From Longimicrobiales bacterium (GTDB taxonomy: Bacteria > Gemmatimonadota > Gemmatimonadetes > Longimicrobiales > Gaopeijiaceae): a stretch of 64,000 nucleotides of DNA. The stretch is from contig OZ241892.1 in NCBI GenBank assembly GCA_965203485.1, positions 2,656,001 through 2,720,000 of the forward strand. The letters are read 5' to 3'. The notes beneath the pieces were generated by a model. The model was not told the DNA's origin, made no database searches, and saw only the letters and a list, made by a program, of their open reading frames with translations. Positions 39,363-53,263 of the stretch are shown one piece after another. Made by a program: the position numbers and the translations under genes. Every line of letters starts with the position of its first letter. The first letter of the stretch is position 1.

Positions 39363-39435
39363 TAGCCCCGCCTGGGCTCGAACCAGGACTCTTCTGATCC
39401 AGAGTCAGACGTGTTGCCAATTACACCACGGGGCT
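39363..39435 (-). tRNA. tRNA-Gln(CTG)
   Basis: TCTGA-CT CTG GA-TCAGA. Confidence 0.93.
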
Positions 39436-39458
39436 GTTGCCGGCGCCGAGGCGCCGAG

Positions 39459-39531
39459 AGCCACCGGTCGGACTTGAACCGACGACCCCGTCATTACGAG
39501 TGACGTGCTCTACCAGCTGAGCTACGGTGGC
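39459..39531 (-). tRNA. tRNA-Thr(CGT)
   Basis: CGTCA-CT CGT AA-TGACG. Confidence 0.95.
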
Positions 39532-39567
39532 GTGCCCGGCCCCCGCCGCGCTGGGCGAGGCCGGAAG

Positions 39568-39640
39568 TGGAGCCGAGGGGAGTCGAACCCCTGACCTCAG
39601 CATTGCGAACGCTGCGCTCTCCCAACTGAGCTACGGCCCC
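39568..39640 (-). tRNA. tRNA-Ala(CGC)
   Basis: CAGCG-TT CGC AA-TGCTG; G3-U70 pair. Confidence 0.95.
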
Positions 39641-39653
39641 TGTTTCCACGAAA

Positions 39654-39727
39654 TGGGCGCGACAGGACTCGAACCTGTGACCTCCACGATGTCAACGTGG
39701 CACTCTAACCAGCTGAGCTACGCGCCC
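39654..39727 (-). tRNA. tRNA-Val(GAC)
   Basis: CCACG-TT GAC AT-CGTGG. Confidence 0.95.
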
Positions 39728-39750
39728 TTCTTCCGGCGGAGCCCGCGAAG

Positions 39751-39824
39751 TGCGCCCGGGAGGACTCGAACCCCCAACCCCCTGATCCGTAGTCAGGTAC
39801 TCTATCCAATTGAGCTACGGGCGC
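39751..39824 (-). tRNA. tRNA-Arg(ACG)
   Basis: CCTGA-CT ACG GA-TCAGG. Confidence 0.95.
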
Positions 39825-39886
39825 GCCCGTCCGGAGCAAAACGAGCGCCACAGCCGCTCGGCGCCGCCCTCCGTCTCTGCGTTCCA

Positions 39887-39970
39887 TGCCCACGACAGGA
39901 CTCGAACCTGTACGTCCTCTCGAACACTGGTCCCTCAAACCAGCCTGTCTACCAATTCCAGCACGTGGGC
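39887..39970 (-). tRNA. tRNA-Leu(GAG)
   Basis: CTGGT-TT GAG GG-ACCAG; long variable arm. Confidence 0.95.
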
Positions 39971-40028
39971 GGTCATCGCGGCCCCGCGCGAGAGGCCACG
40001 AGGCGCTCGCCGCCGGGAACCCGCGAAG

Positions 40029-40113
40029 TGCTCGGGGAGGGATTCGAACCCTCACGGGGTTAGCCCCCACAGGATCCTGAATCCTGCGCGTCTACCAATT
40101 CCGCCACCCGAGC
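40029..40113 (-). tRNA. tRNA-Leu(CAG)
   Basis: CAGGA-TT CAG GA-TCCTG; long variable arm. Confidence 0.95.
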
Positions 40114-40143
40114 TTGGCCGGGCCGCGACCCGGCGGCCGGCAG

Positions 40144-40216
40144 TGGAGCCGAGGGGAGTCGAACCCCTGACCTCCTGAATGCCATTCAGGCGCTCTCCCA
40201 ACTGAGCTACGGCCCC
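40144..40216 (-). tRNA. tRNA-Ala(GGC)
   Basis: CCTGA-AT GGC AT-TCAGG; G3-U70 pair. Confidence 0.95.
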
Positions 40217-40296
40217 AGCATTGCCGGAAGCGACGCGAACTGGGAAGCCCGGTCCGCGATCGCTCTTGCGACCCTTGTTTTCAAACACCGCCTCAG

Positions 40297-40371
40297 CGGG
40301 GCTGACGGGACTCGAACCCGCGGCCTCCGGTGTGACAGACCGGCACTCTAACCGAACTGAGCTACAGCCCC
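40297..40371 (-). tRNA. tRNA-Asp(GTC)
   Basis: CCGGT-CT GTC AC-ACCGG. Confidence 0.95.
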
Positions 40372-40471
40372 CCGATCCCGTTTTGTCCGTGGAACTTCCC
40401 GGTCCGGCACGGCCGTTGCGCCGGCCCCCTTCCCCGGCTTGCACTGGCCGCCCCAGCCCCGGAAGCCCCGA

Positions 40472-40543
40472 TACCCTCACGGGGAATCGAACCCCGATCT
40501 CCACCTTGAAAGAGTGGTGTCCTAACCGTTAGACGATGAGGGC
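40472..40543 (-). tRNA. tRNA-Glu(TTC)
   Basis: CCACT-CT TTC AA-GGTGG. Confidence 0.95.
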
Positions 40544-40554
40544 GCCGCTCGAGG

Positions 40555-40628
40555 CAGGCCCGGAGGGACTCGAACCCCCAACCGCCGGTTTTGGAGACCG
40601 GTGCTCTACCAAGTTGAGCTACGGACCT
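40555..40628 (-). tRNA. tRNA-Trp(CCA)
   Basis: CCGGT-CT CCA AA-ACCGG. Confidence 0.95.
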
Positions 40629-40647
40629 GTCTTTCCCGCCTTCTCCA

Positions 40648-40720
40648 TGGCCAGGGGCGGAATCGAACCGCCGACACCGCGATTTTCAGTCGCGTGCTCT
40701 ACCAACTGAGCTACCTGGCC
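40648..40720 (-). tRNA. tRNA-Phe(GAA)
   Basis: CGCGA-CT GAA AA-TCGCG. Confidence 0.95.
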
Positions 40721-40858
40721 ATCCCCACGCCCGCCGACAAAAAACCGACCGGGCTGGTTCCGGCCACGGCCTCGCCGCCGCGCCCGTCCCAGAACCCTGG
40801 CCGGCCTGCCGTCCGAAGACCGGCGCCAACTCCGTGCGCCGTCGCCGAACGTGTCGAG

Positions 40859-40932
<74 letters not shown>

Positions 40933-40943
40933 GGAAGTCTCGA

Positions 40944-40973
40944 ATCGTAACACAAACGCCCGACGGCCGTCAA
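40944..40973 (-). promoter_or_regulatory. Sigma70-type promoter of the tRNA array
   Basis: Minus strand TTGACG-N18-TACGAT with an extended TGn element, 11 nt upstream of tRNA-fMet. Confidence 0.75.
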
Positions 40974-41106
40974 CTCCCCCCACGCAGGCGCGGGCGCGGA
41001 CCGGTCTGGGAGCCCCGGCCGCGCCGGCGGGCGGCCGCCGAACCGGTTATCTTGGATGATGTGGGCGCCGCCGCAACCCGCCGAAGCGCGCGAAAGGAGG
41101 GCCGGA

Positions 41107-41397
41107 ATGACCGCCAAGCTGTCCGCGAAGGAAGTCAACGGCTGGACGGAGTCGCACTCGGGGTGGAAGTTCCGGGACAATGCGCTTCGCAAGACGTACC
41201 GGCTGCCGGGCTTTCGGGACTCGATCGTCTTCGTGAACCGGATCGCGACGATCGCCGACGAGCTGGACCATCACCCGGACATCCGCGTGCGGTTCGACCG
41301 GGTCACGCTGAAGCTGTGGTCGCACGATGCGGGCGGCGTCACCAAACGGGACACGGCGCTAGCCGAGCGCATCGACTTCGCGACTTCGGCGCGCTGA
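41107..41397 (+). CDS. phhB: Pterin-4-alpha-carbinolamine dehydratase
   Basis: FVNRIATIADELDHHPDI...LWSHDAGGVTKRD; AGGAGG RBS. Confidence 0.9.
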   Translation: MTAKLSAKEVNGWTESHSGWKFRDNALRKTYRLPGFRDSIVFVNRIATIADELDHHPDIRVRFDRVTLKLWSHDAGGVTKRDTALAERIDFATSAR

Positions 41398-42697
41398 GCG
41401 GACGGCCGCGACTAGAATCTCCAGGCCTCGCCGCATCTCGCCGGACTCGACGACGGCGGGCGGAGTGATCTGAACCACGTCGGCCGAGGCGCCGGCGGGA
41501 AGGACGATCAGCCCTTCGTCCAGCGCCAGCGCGGCCACCGCTGCGGCAGGCACGGGACCCACCCCGATCATCAAGCCGCGACCTCTGGCCCAGACGCCCT
41601 GCGGCAGCGCGCCGCGCAAGTAGGCCAGCGATTCCCGGCCCAACGCATCGGCTCTCTCCGCCAAGCTCTCGGTCCGAAGGGCGTCGAGAAAGCCGAGGCC
41701 CGCGGCGCACGCCAGCGGATGGCCCAGGAAGGTGGACGTGTGGACGGCTTCGCCCGACGAAGGCGCCCAGGCATCCATGACGCGCGCCGGGCCGCAGCAA
41801 GCCGAGAGCGGCAGGCCGCCGCCGAGCGGCTTGCCCAGGCAGACCAGATCGGGCACGACGCCGTCGTGCGAGCAGGCGAGGAGCGCGCCGGTGCGTCCGA
41901 GTCCGGTGAAGATCTCGTCGGCGATCAGGAGCGCCCCACGCGCCCGGGCCTCGGCGGCCAAGTCTTCGACGAAGCCGGGCGGCGGGAGGCGCACGCCGGC
42001 CCGGCCCTGGATCGGCTCGACGATCACGGCGCCGGCCCGGAGATCGCGAATCGCCCGCGCGGCCGCGTCCAGGCTGGTGGCCGCCTCGCTCGGCCTCCCG
42101 GGAAAAGGCGCAAAAGCGACGTGGTCCGCGAGGCGGCGGGTGAAGGGGCGGCGAAAGTGGTCGCGATGGGTGGCCGCGAGCGCGCCCAAGGCGAGGCCGT
42201 GGTACGCGCCCTCGAAGGCGACGACGCCCATGCGCCCCGTCGCGAGCTGGGCCGTCTTGAGCGCCGCCTCCACGGCGTCCGAGCCGCTCAAGCCGAGAAT
42301 CGCGCGGGCGTCCGGCCAAGGCATGAGAGCGGCGAGAGCCTCCAGGAACTCCACCTTCGATGCCGGCGGGTGCAGGTCGCCCATCCCGTGGACCAAGCGG
42401 CCTGCCTGGCAGGCGATGCGGCGGGCGACGAGCGGGTGCCTGTGGCCCGCGAGCGCGACCCCGAAGGCGCCGGAGAAGTCCAGGCGGCGGCGCCCGTCGG
42501 CGTCCACGACCGTGCAGCCCTCGGCCTCGGTCCAGAAGGGAGGAACCGGCTCCAGGCTGGTGATTCCCCGAGACTCGACGCGGGCAAGGCGGCGGGCCAA
42601 CTCGGCGCGGGCGCTGGTCTGCTTCGGGTCGCCGGGGACGCCCTGGCTACGGACCGGTCCTACGGAGCCGGCCGGTCTCCGCCCCCCGCAACGGTCG

Positions 42698-42705
<8 letters not shown>
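41359..42705 (-). CDS. Class III PLP-dependent aminotransferase
   Basis: SGSDAVEAALK, FEGAYHG, EPIQGRAG, LIADEIFTGLGRTG, GKPLGGG, HTSTFLGHP. Confidence 0.9.
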
Positions 42706-45909
<3,204 letters not shown>

Positions 45910-46479
45910 TTAGGATTGGATATTGTCCTCGATCCTCCTCGCCAACCTGTCGAAGTCCTCCGGGCACTTCTGGCGAATCGCTTGGACGTTGTGCGCCGCC
46001 TCCTCACCCAGGACCCTTCGGCCGCCACCAGGTCCCCTTTCCAAGCTACGTCGCCGGGCCAGCTCGTCAAAGTACTGTTCCTTGACGTCCAACTCCGCGC
46101 GAACCGTGGACCAACGCCAATCTCTCGGCAACTCCAACCCCGCGAGAACCCAAGTCTCCAGCTCTTCCCACGCGTTTTCCGCGAGGAACGTGGGCTTGGG
46201 TCCAAACTCCGCTTCAATAGCGGCCAAGCGTTGGCGGCGACCCTGTTTGCCGTCTCGGTCCACACAGAGAACGAACATGTCAACCATGCCGCGGTATCGT
46301 GCAACAATCTCGGCAATGCGGCTTGCCTTCAGCGCCTCGTTGACGCCTCCGAGTCGTGGATCCTGACACACGGCGATTTTCGCAGACCGGCGGCCCAAGG
46401 CATGCAACAAACGCGCCAGGATCGGTTTCAGAATGTACTGGTCCTTGCGAAAGTCTTCGGGAATGACAAGAATCTTCAC
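45910..46479 (-). CDS. Hypothetical TOPRIM-like (DUF4276/RloB-like) protein
   Basis: ILVIPED, LCVDRDG (DxD), EELETWVLAG; GTGA overlap with the ATPase stop. Confidence 0.6.
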   Translation of the reverse strand: MKILVIPEDFRKDQYILKPILARLLHALGRRSAKIAVCQDPRLGGVNEALKASRIAEIVARYRGMVDMFVLCVDRDGKQGRRQRLAAIEAEFGPKPTFLAENAWEELETWVLAGLELPRDWRWSTVRAELDVKEQYFDELARRRSLERGPGGGRRVLGEEAAHNVQAIRQKCPEDFDRLARRIEDNIQS

Positions 46480-47843
46480 TCGCCTGCCTCCGATCCCGCC
46501 TTCGGTTCGTCCGTCGATGAGCTCAAGAAGACCGCGTCTTCCAGCCATCCAGCAGAATGCAAGGTGCCCAACCCTTGAGATTGTCGCAGTTCGCCAGCAT
46601 TGGGAAGATCGGCGACTTGCCGGACCAGCGCATCGTCCGTGTTCGGTCGCCTACATACTACGGCCGTATTCCCGAATCCACCGTCCCCGACCATGGCAAG
46701 CAACTCCGGAGAGTGTGTCGTCGTTACGACTTGTATCATGCCGTCGGCCGTTCGTTGTTCGATGAGTTCCAACAGCAGACGCAGGCGTGACGGATGAATG
46801 CCGTTGTCGATCTCCTCGAAGAAGTAGAGTCGCGTTCGATCCCTTCCAAAGAGTGCGGCTAGAACAGCCAGAAAGCGGAGCGTGCCGTCCGACGCGGAAT
46901 ACGCAGAAATCTTGCGACCGTTGGTTTCTTCTATAAGCAACTGGACCTTTCCGCTCACGGGATCGGTGGAAAATTCGAAGTCCTCCACGTCCATGGGCGT
47001 GAGCTCCCGCGTCCACTCTATCAATGCTTTTCTAGTATCGGCATCTTGGCAAATTGCTTTCAATGCCGTGGACAAGTTGTTGCCTTGATCTCCAAGAATC
47101 GTCTGTCCCGGAGGAGATGGTTCACGCATACGGTCCGGCGATGGATCCAGGAAACGCATTTCGGACAACGTACTAGCCACGGCATCGGCGCATTTCTTGT
47201 GAAGCCGTAGCACATGCTTGTGTTCGCGAAGTTGATTCAGGGCTGGTTGATCCGGCCTCACGGCTACCCTGTGTCCATATTTCTTCTGTCTTGCAGTCTT
47301 CCCCATTCGCAGGAGCAAGTGCGTCTCATCCTCCTGCCTTGCCACCGGATCGGGAGGCGCCGGATGACTCGTGTATATGCTCTCATCCCTGCCATCCGCT
47401 TCGACTCCTAGTGACGGAGGCCCGTGCCGCCCAAGGCGCTCCCGGGTGACGCGCAACTGCCCGGAAGACCATCGTCCCTCCACCGCGTTCACGGCCACTT
47501 CGTAGGTTGCCTCGCTCGGCCCATCGCTTCGCGGGTCCGCCAATCCCGCGACGTCCTTGATTCTCATTCCTGCTTCGACCGCGAACCCCGCCGTTCCCAG
47601 CCGCGCGATCTCGCTCGGCGCCCCGCGGACGCCACCCCACTGGGCTTCGCCCCCGGGCCCATACCTCCCGCCGAGGATCTCCGCCAACGTGTAGCCTCGT
47701 CCAACCCCGTGGAGGAACCGCAGGGCGTCGCGGACATTGCTCTTGCCGCTGGCGTTGGCGCCCGCAATAATCGTGAACGGCCCCATGCGCACGCGCTCAT
47801 CGACGAAGTTCTTGAAGTCGCGCAATCGAAGGGAGGTGATCAC
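46476..47843 (-). CDS. ABC-type (AAA_21/AbiEii-like) ATPase
   Basis: LRDFKNF, GANASGKSN, ASDGTLRFL, FEEIDNGIHP, TTHSPELL. Confidence 0.88.
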   Translation of the reverse strand: MITSLRLRDFKNFVDERVRMGPFTIIAGANASGKSNVRDALRFLHGVGRGYTLAEILGGRYGPGGEAQWGGVRGAPSEIARLGTAGFAVEAGMRIKDVAGLADPRSDGPSEATYEVAVNAVEGRWSSGQLRVTRERLGRHGPPSLGVEADGRDESIYTSHPAPPDPVARQEDETHLLLRMGKTARQKKYGHRVAVRPDQPALNQLREHKHVLRLHKKCADAVASTLSEMRFLDPSPDRMREPSPPGQTILGDQGNNLSTALKAICQDADTRKALIEWTRELTPMDVEDFEFSTDPVSGKVQLLIEETNGRKISAYSASDGTLRFLAVLAALFGRDRTRLYFFEEIDNGIHPSRLRLLLELIEQRTADGMIQVVTTTHSPELLAMVGDGGFGNTAVVCRRPNTDDALVRQVADLPNAGELRQSQGLGTLHSAGWLEDAVFLSSSTDEPKAGSEAGE

Positions 47844-48271
47844 GTCTTCAGGGGGCCGGATCGTTCGTTTGCATGCTCATTCGCGGACGGGCGCCGCCTT
47901 TCTTGCTGAGCTCCAGCCATATCGTTCTCCGGGCTGTGCGGGGACGAATCGCCGTCGAAGAGGAGGCGTGCGAAGGTGGCCTGGCACGTTCACTGAGAAA
48001 ATAGCGACCATTGGCGCGGCGCGCGCATTCGCTTGTGGCGGAAGCTGACCATGGAACGGCCCGAACCCGCCGTGACGGACGGACCGTCCCACGGTGTACA
48101 ACGCTCGTGGATCGTGCTCCGCCGGACCACCGGGCCCCATCCCCACTCCCCCTCCACGAGCGGGGCATGGGCACGCTCCGACGTGGTTCGGGCATGTCCG
48201 ATTCCAAGCCGGCGGCCTACATTGGCCCTTCGTCCGTACTCGTCCTCGCAACCAGCTAGGAGCTTCTCCGC

Positions 48272-49873
48272 ATGGAACGTTCGCTGACACTTCCGCTGGC
48301 CCTCGCGGCCGCCCTGGCCGTTCCCGCGGCCTCCGCCGCCCAAATGGAACCCACGACTCCGCGCGGAGCGGAGGAGGGCGACGGCCCTCACGAGCGGCTC
48401 GTTCTGCGCGGCGCCACGATCATCGACGGCACGGGGGCCCCGCCGATGGGACCGGTGGACATCGTCGTGGAAGGCGACCGCATCGTCCAGATCCGCACCG
48501 TGGGCTTCCCTGGCGTGCCCATCGACGAAGACCGCCGGCCGTCGGGAGGAACGCGGGAGATCGACTTGACCGGCATGTACGTCATGCCCGGCTTCGTGGA
48601 CATGCACGCGCACACGGGCGGTTCCGGCAAGGCGCCCCAGCCGGAGTACACCTACAAGCTCTGGATGGGGCACGGGATCACCACGTCGCGCGGCGTGGGG
48701 CACGGGCCCATGATGTGGGCGCTCGGGGAGAAGGCCGCGGCCGCCCGCAACGAGATCGTGGCGCCGCGCATGTTCACGTACGCCCGTCCCGGCGAGGCGT
48801 GGGACGAGGGCCCGGTGGATTCCCCCGAGAAGGCGCGCGAGTGGGTGCGGTGGGCGGCCGAAGTCGATGTCGAGGGCGCCAAGATCGACGGCCTCAAGCT
48901 GACGGCGATGGATCCCGAGATCATGGCCGCCGCGATCGACGAGGCGCACGCGCACGGCCTGGGCTCGGTCGCGCACTTGGCGCAGACCGGCGTGGCCCGG
49001 ATGACGGCGCTGGACGCCGCCGAAGTCGGCCTCGACATGATGACGCACTACTACGGGCTCATGGAGTCGATGCTCACGGACTACAGCATCCAAGACTGGC
49101 CGCTCGACTACAACTACCAGAACGAGCAGCACCGCTTCGCCAACGTCGGCCGCCTGTGGTACCAAGCGGCGGAACCGGGCTCGGAGCAGTGGAACGCGCT
49201 GATCGACCGCTTTCTGGAGCTGGGCTTCGGCCTGGACCCGACGATGTCGATCTACGAGGCCAGCCGCGACGTGATGCGCGCCCGCGAGGCCGACTTCCAC
49301 GAGGAGTACACGCTGCCCAGCCAGTGGGAGTTCTACCAGCCGTCTCGGCGCGCCCACGGCTCCTACTGGTTCTACTGGACCAGCGAGGACGAGTATCACT
49401 GGAAGAGGTTCTTTCAGAAGTGGATGCATTTCCTGAACGATTACAAGAACGCGGGCGGGCGCGTCACGACCGGGTCTGATTCCGGCTTCATCTACAAGCT
49501 CTACGGCTTCGACTACATCCGGGAGCTGGAACTCCTGCGGGAAGCGGGATTCCACCCCGTCGAGGTCATCCGTTCGGCCACGTTGCACGGCGCCGAGGAG
49601 CTGCACGACCCGAAGGGCTTGCCCGTAGACTTCGGCATTCTGCGCCCGGGGCTCAAGGCCGACATGGTCGTGGTGGACGAGAATCCGTTGCAGAACCTGA
49701 AGGTGCTCTACGGCAACGGAGCGGTGAAGCTCAACGACGAGACCGGCGAAGTGGAACGGGTAGGCGGCATCAAGTACACGATCAAGGACGGAATCGTGTA
49801 CGACGCGAAGCGGTTGCTGGCCGACGTGCGGGAGATGGTCAGGAAGGCGAAGGAGGCGGCCGCGGTGTCGTAG
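48272..49873 (+). CDS. Secreted amidohydrolase family protein
   Basis: Signal peptide, IIDGTGAP, MPGFVDMHAH, TGSDSG, GLKADMVVVDENPL. Confidence 0.88.
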   Translation: MERSLTLPLALAAALAVPAASAAQMEPTTPRGAEEGDGPHERLVLRGATIIDGTGAPPMGPVDIVVEGDRIVQIRTVGFPGVPIDEDRRPSGGTREIDLTGMYVMPGFVDMHAHTGGSGKAPQPEYTYKLWMGHGITTSRGVGHGPMMWALGEKAAAARNEIVAPRMFTYARPGEAWDEGPVDSPEKAREWVRWAAEVDVEGAKIDGLKLTAMDPEIMAAAIDEAHAHGLGSVAHLAQTGVARMTALDAAEVGLDMMTHYYGLMESMLTDYSIQDWPLDYNYQNEQHRFANVGRLWYQAAEPGSEQWNALIDRFLELGFGLDPTMSIYEASRDVMRAREADFHEEYTLPSQWEFYQPSRRAHGSYWFYWTSEDEYHWKRFFQKWMHFLNDYKNAGGRVTTGSDSGFIYKLYGFDYIRELELLREAGFHPVEVIRSATLHGAEELHDPKGLPVDFGILRPGLKADMVVVDENPLQNLKVLYGNGAVKLNDETGEVERVGGIKYTIKDGIVYDAKRLLADVREMVRKAKEAAAVS

Positions 49874-50065
49874 CGGGACGGCGGGGCGCCCTCGAAGGGG
49901 GCTCCGGCGGCTTGGGGACCGCCGATTCCCGCCGCCGGAGGAAGACGCGCACGCTGCTCGCGAGGTCGCGGCGACCCCCGGAGGGCCGCGTCCGCACGGC
50001 AGGACCTGCGCTCCGGCGACCACTGCGCGCGCCTCGAGAAAGGTCGCGCCGACGCGAGTGGGCCG

Positions 50066-50389
50066 TCAGCCTCCGACGCGGACTTGCACGGCCGTGCCGT
50101 AGCACAGCATTTCGGCCGCGCCACGGCTGACTTGGGCGGACTGGAAGCGCACGCCGATCACCGCGTTCGCGCCGAGCGCCTTGGCCTCGTCGACCATGCG
50201 GTCGATGGCCTGCTCGCGGGCCTCGGCGAGCAACTTGGTGTACTCGTAGAGTTCGCCGCCGGCGATGTTGCGCAACGAAGCCATGAAGTCCCGCCCCAGG
50301 TGTCGCGCTCGTATCGAGCTGCCGCGAACCATCCCGTGCGTGCGCACGACAAAGTGACCGGCGATGCTCTCGGTCGTGGCGACGATCAC
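50066..50389 (-). CDS. YbjQ family (UPF0145) protein
   Basis: GMVRGSSIRARHLGRD, GGELYEYT, GANAVIGVRF, YGTAV. Confidence 0.9.
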   Translation of the reverse strand: MIVATTESIAGHFVVRTHGMVRGSSIRARHLGRDFMASLRNIAGGELYEYTKLLAEAREQAIDRMVDEAKALGANAVIGVRFQSAQVSRGAAEMLCYGTAVQVRVGG

Positions 50390-50847
50390 CGGTGCACGTC
50401 CTTGTATGGATCGGTCTTGTAGTCCTGGAAGCGCGCGAACACGACCCCGGCCAGCAGGACGAGGACGCCGATGGCCACCGCGCTGGTCGCCAGCTTGGCG
50501 ACGATGGCCGTGGGCGACTTCGCGAACACCCACGCGCCGTAGCCCAGCCACGCCACGGCGCCGGAGACGACGAGCGTCCAGCCGAGCGGCTGCGTGATCC
50601 GCGTGCGGATCCGGTCCCAAGCCGATCCGCTGGTTCGGGGAGGGGCGAAGGAGAGGTCCTGCAACTGGGCCTTCATGCCCTTGAAGATAGCGATCTCGCG
50701 ACGCAGCTCGCTGGACTGGTCCAGCTTGCGCTGAACGGCCTTCCTCTCCTCGGGCGAGGCCTCGCCGTCCAGAAAGCGCATCAGCTCTTCGCGGCCCATG
50801 CCGCCGGGCCGGGCTACGTTCATTGCTCCAGTTGGTTCACGGTTCAT
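50386..50847 (-). CDS. Putative membrane anti-sigma factor
   Basis: LMRFLDGEASPEER N-terminus, two TM segments, DPYKDV; coupled to the sigma gene by ATGA. Confidence 0.7.
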   Translation of the reverse strand: MNREPTGAMNVARPGGMGREELMRFLDGEASPEERKAVQRKLDQSSELRREIAIFKGMKAQLQDLSFAPPRTSGSAWDRIRTRITQPLGWTLVVSGAVAWLGYGAWVFAKSPTAIVAKLATSAVAIGVLVLLAGVVFARFQDYKTDPYKDVHR

Positions 50848-51413
50848 GGATAGGTCACTCCGGCTTCGTGGAGCACGGCGGCGAACGCGCGCCGGGCGTG
50901 AAACAGCCGACTGGCCACCGTTCCCTCCGGGACATCCAGGATGGCCGCGATCTCCCCGTAGCGAAACCCCTCGATCTCCTTGAGCACGAGCACCTCTCGG
51001 TGATCTTCGTCGAGCTTCTCCAGAGCCCGCCACACGATTTCCTTCGCTTCCTTTCGTTCCAGCCTCCGCTCCGGACCGTCCTCCGGGTCGGCGGCCACCT
51101 CGGCGAGCGCTCCGTCGCCGAGGACTTCTACGCGGAACTGGGCTTGGCGGCGGCGCAACAGGTCGCGGCACTGGTTTCGCAGTATCTGGAAGAACCACGG
51201 TCCGAAGGGCCGCCTGAGGTCGAAGCGGGGGAGGGACCGCCACGCCTTGACGAAGGCGTCCTGCAGGGCGTCGCCGGCATCGTCGGCGTTGCCCGTCATG
51301 CCAAGCGCGATGCGCATGCCCCGCGGCTCGTAGGCCCTCACGATCGGTTCGAAGAAGCGAGCGTCGCCCGCCTTGCACTTGCGCAACAGCTCCCGCTCCG
51401 CGTCCGCGATCAA
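50844..51413 (-). CDS. ECF RNA polymerase sigma factor
   Basis: DALQDAFVKAW, FGPWFFQILRNQCRD, FRYGEIAAILDVPEGTVASRLFHAR. Confidence 0.92.
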   Translation of the reverse strand: MIADAERELLRKCKAGDARFFEPIVRAYEPRGMRIALGMTGNADDAGDALQDAFVKAWRSLPRFDLRRPFGPWFFQILRNQCRDLLRRRQAQFRVEVLGDGALAEVAADPEDGPERRLERKEAKEIVWRALEKLDEDHREVLVLKEIEGFRYGEIAAILDVPEGTVASRLFHARRAFAAVLHEAGVTYP

Positions 51414-51616
51414 GCGTCCTCCGTGTAGTCGGCTCGTCCTGGCAAATCTACGCTAGCGCGCACGGGACCCTTCATCGCAAGGGCGGCGCGACGGCTTGAT
51501 CTTTCTGGCGGATTCTCGCGGGCGGCGCAATGGCTGGATGTGGCGCGGCCAGGCTCCGGAGCCCATCTTGCCCCGGTTCTTTGCTACTGGACGACGGCGG
51601 AGCGCGGAGGCGCCAC

Positions 51617-53263
51617 ATGAAGGGACGGAACTGGAAGGGGATCGCCTTGACGACGGGCGGCCGTAGGCTGACTTGGGCAACCGCCGGACTGGCGGCGCTC
51701 GTTTGGCCCCACGTGCTGGCGGCCCAGAACGGGACCGGGATCGACTACCCGGCCGGCTTCGACGAGGACGCGAAGTACTACTCCGAGGCCGTGGGCCCGC
51801 TTCACCGCCCCATCGCCACCGCGTCGGCGGAGGCCCAGAAGTTCTTCGACCAGGGCCTGCAGATGCTCTACGCGTTCACGCCCTTGCGCGCCGCGCGCTC
51901 GTTTCGCCAAGCCCAGCGCGAGGACCCCGACTGCGCCATCTGCTACTGGGGCGAGGCTCTGGCCTGGGGCCCTTACCTGAACGGCCCGATGGGAGCCGAC
52001 GACGCCCCGCGCGCCCGCGAGCGCATCGACATGGCCCTGGAGCGCATCGATCACGCCAGCGACGTCGAAAGGGCGCTTATCGAGGCGCTGGATGTCCGCT
52101 ATGTGAAGGAACACGACGACGCCCAGCGAAAGTCCCTTGATTCGGCCTACGCCGACGCAATGGGCCGCGTGTACGCGCGCTTTCCGCACGACATGGAGGC
52201 GGGCACGCTGTACGGCGAGGCGTTGATGCTGCTGGAGCCGCGCCGGGGACGTTGGGACATCGACAAGCCCGCGGTCCGGCGGATCCACCGCGTGCTGGAG
52301 GCGGCGCTGGCCCGCGACGTCACGCACCCCGGCGCATGCCACCTCTATGTGCACGCCACGGAGCCGACGGTACGGCCCGACAAGGCGGAGTCGTGCGCGG
52401 CGCACCTGGGCCAGTCGATCCCAGGCGCGAGCCACATCCAGCACATGCCGTCTCACACCTACAACCGAGTGGGCCGCTGGGGCGACGCCGTGCGGGCCAA
52501 CTTGGCGGCTTGGCACACCGACCTGCGGGCGGACGCGGACCGGGCGTGGGCCATCTATCCGTCGCACAACCTCCACATGCTGCTCTTCGCGGCGTCGATG
52601 GACGGCCAGGGCGCCATAGCCGCGCGGGCCGGCAAGGACTACGGCAAGATCGTCCCGAACGGCGGCTTCTATCAGGCCATGACGCTGCTTCGGTTCGGAC
52701 GCTTCGACGACATCCTGGAACTCGATGCGCCGCCGGAAGGCGTCCTCCAGAGGGGGCTCTGGGACTTCTGCCGGGGATACGCCTACCTGCGCATGGGCGA
52801 GGCCGCGCGGGCGTCGGTCTACCTGGAGAGGGTCCAGCTCGCCGCAGAAGCCGATCCGGACGCGAGGTTCCGCGGACACCGCGCGGGCGACCTTCTGGAC
52901 ATCGTGGCGGCAATTCTGGAGGGAGAAATCCTGCGCGCCGAGGGACGGGACGGCGAAGCGATATCAGCGCTGGAAGGCGTCGTGGCGATCGAAGACGGAC
53001 TGCGCTACGACGAGCCGGAACCGCTCAACTTCTCGGTGCGCCACTGGCTGGGACATGCGTTGCTGGAGGCGGACCGGGCGGCCGAAGCCGAGGACGTGTT
53101 CCGGGCCGCGCTCGCGGATCACCCGCACAACGGCTGGTCGCTGCTGGGGCTTGAAGCCGCATTTCGCGCACAGGGGAAGGACGCGGAGGCGGCCGGTGCT
53201 CACGCCGAGTTCGAAGAGGCATGGGCCCGCGCCGACACCTGGATCACGGCGCCGGTCTTCTAG
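51617..53263 (+). CDS. Secreted TPR-repeat protein
   Basis: Signal peptide, AQKFFDQG, CYWGEALAWGP, HPGACHLYVH, HMPSH, YDEP, NGWSLLG. Confidence 0.8.
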   Translation: MKGRNWKGIALTTGGRRLTWATAGLAALVWPHVLAAQNGTGIDYPAGFDEDAKYYSEAVGPLHRPIATASAEAQKFFDQGLQMLYAFTPLRAARSFRQAQREDPDCAICYWGEALAWGPYLNGPMGADDAPRARERIDMALERIDHASDVERALIEALDVRYVKEHDDAQRKSLDSAYADAMGRVYARFPHDMEAGTLYGEALMLLEPRRGRWDIDKPAVRRIHRVLEAALARDVTHPGACHLYVHATEPTVRPDKAESCAAHLGQSIPGASHIQHMPSHTYNRVGRWGDAVRANLAAWHTDLRADADRAWAIYPSHNLHMLLFAASMDGQGAIAARAGKDYGKIVPNGGFYQAMTLLRFGRFDDILELDAPPEGVLQRGLWDFCRGYAYLRMGEAARASVYLERVQLAAEADPDARFRGHRAGDLLDIVAAILEGEILRAEGRDGEAISALEGVVAIEDGLRYDEPEPLNFSVRHWLGHALLEADRAAEAEDVFRAALADHPHNGWSLLGLEAAFRAQGKDAEAAGAHAEFEEAWARADTWITAPVF

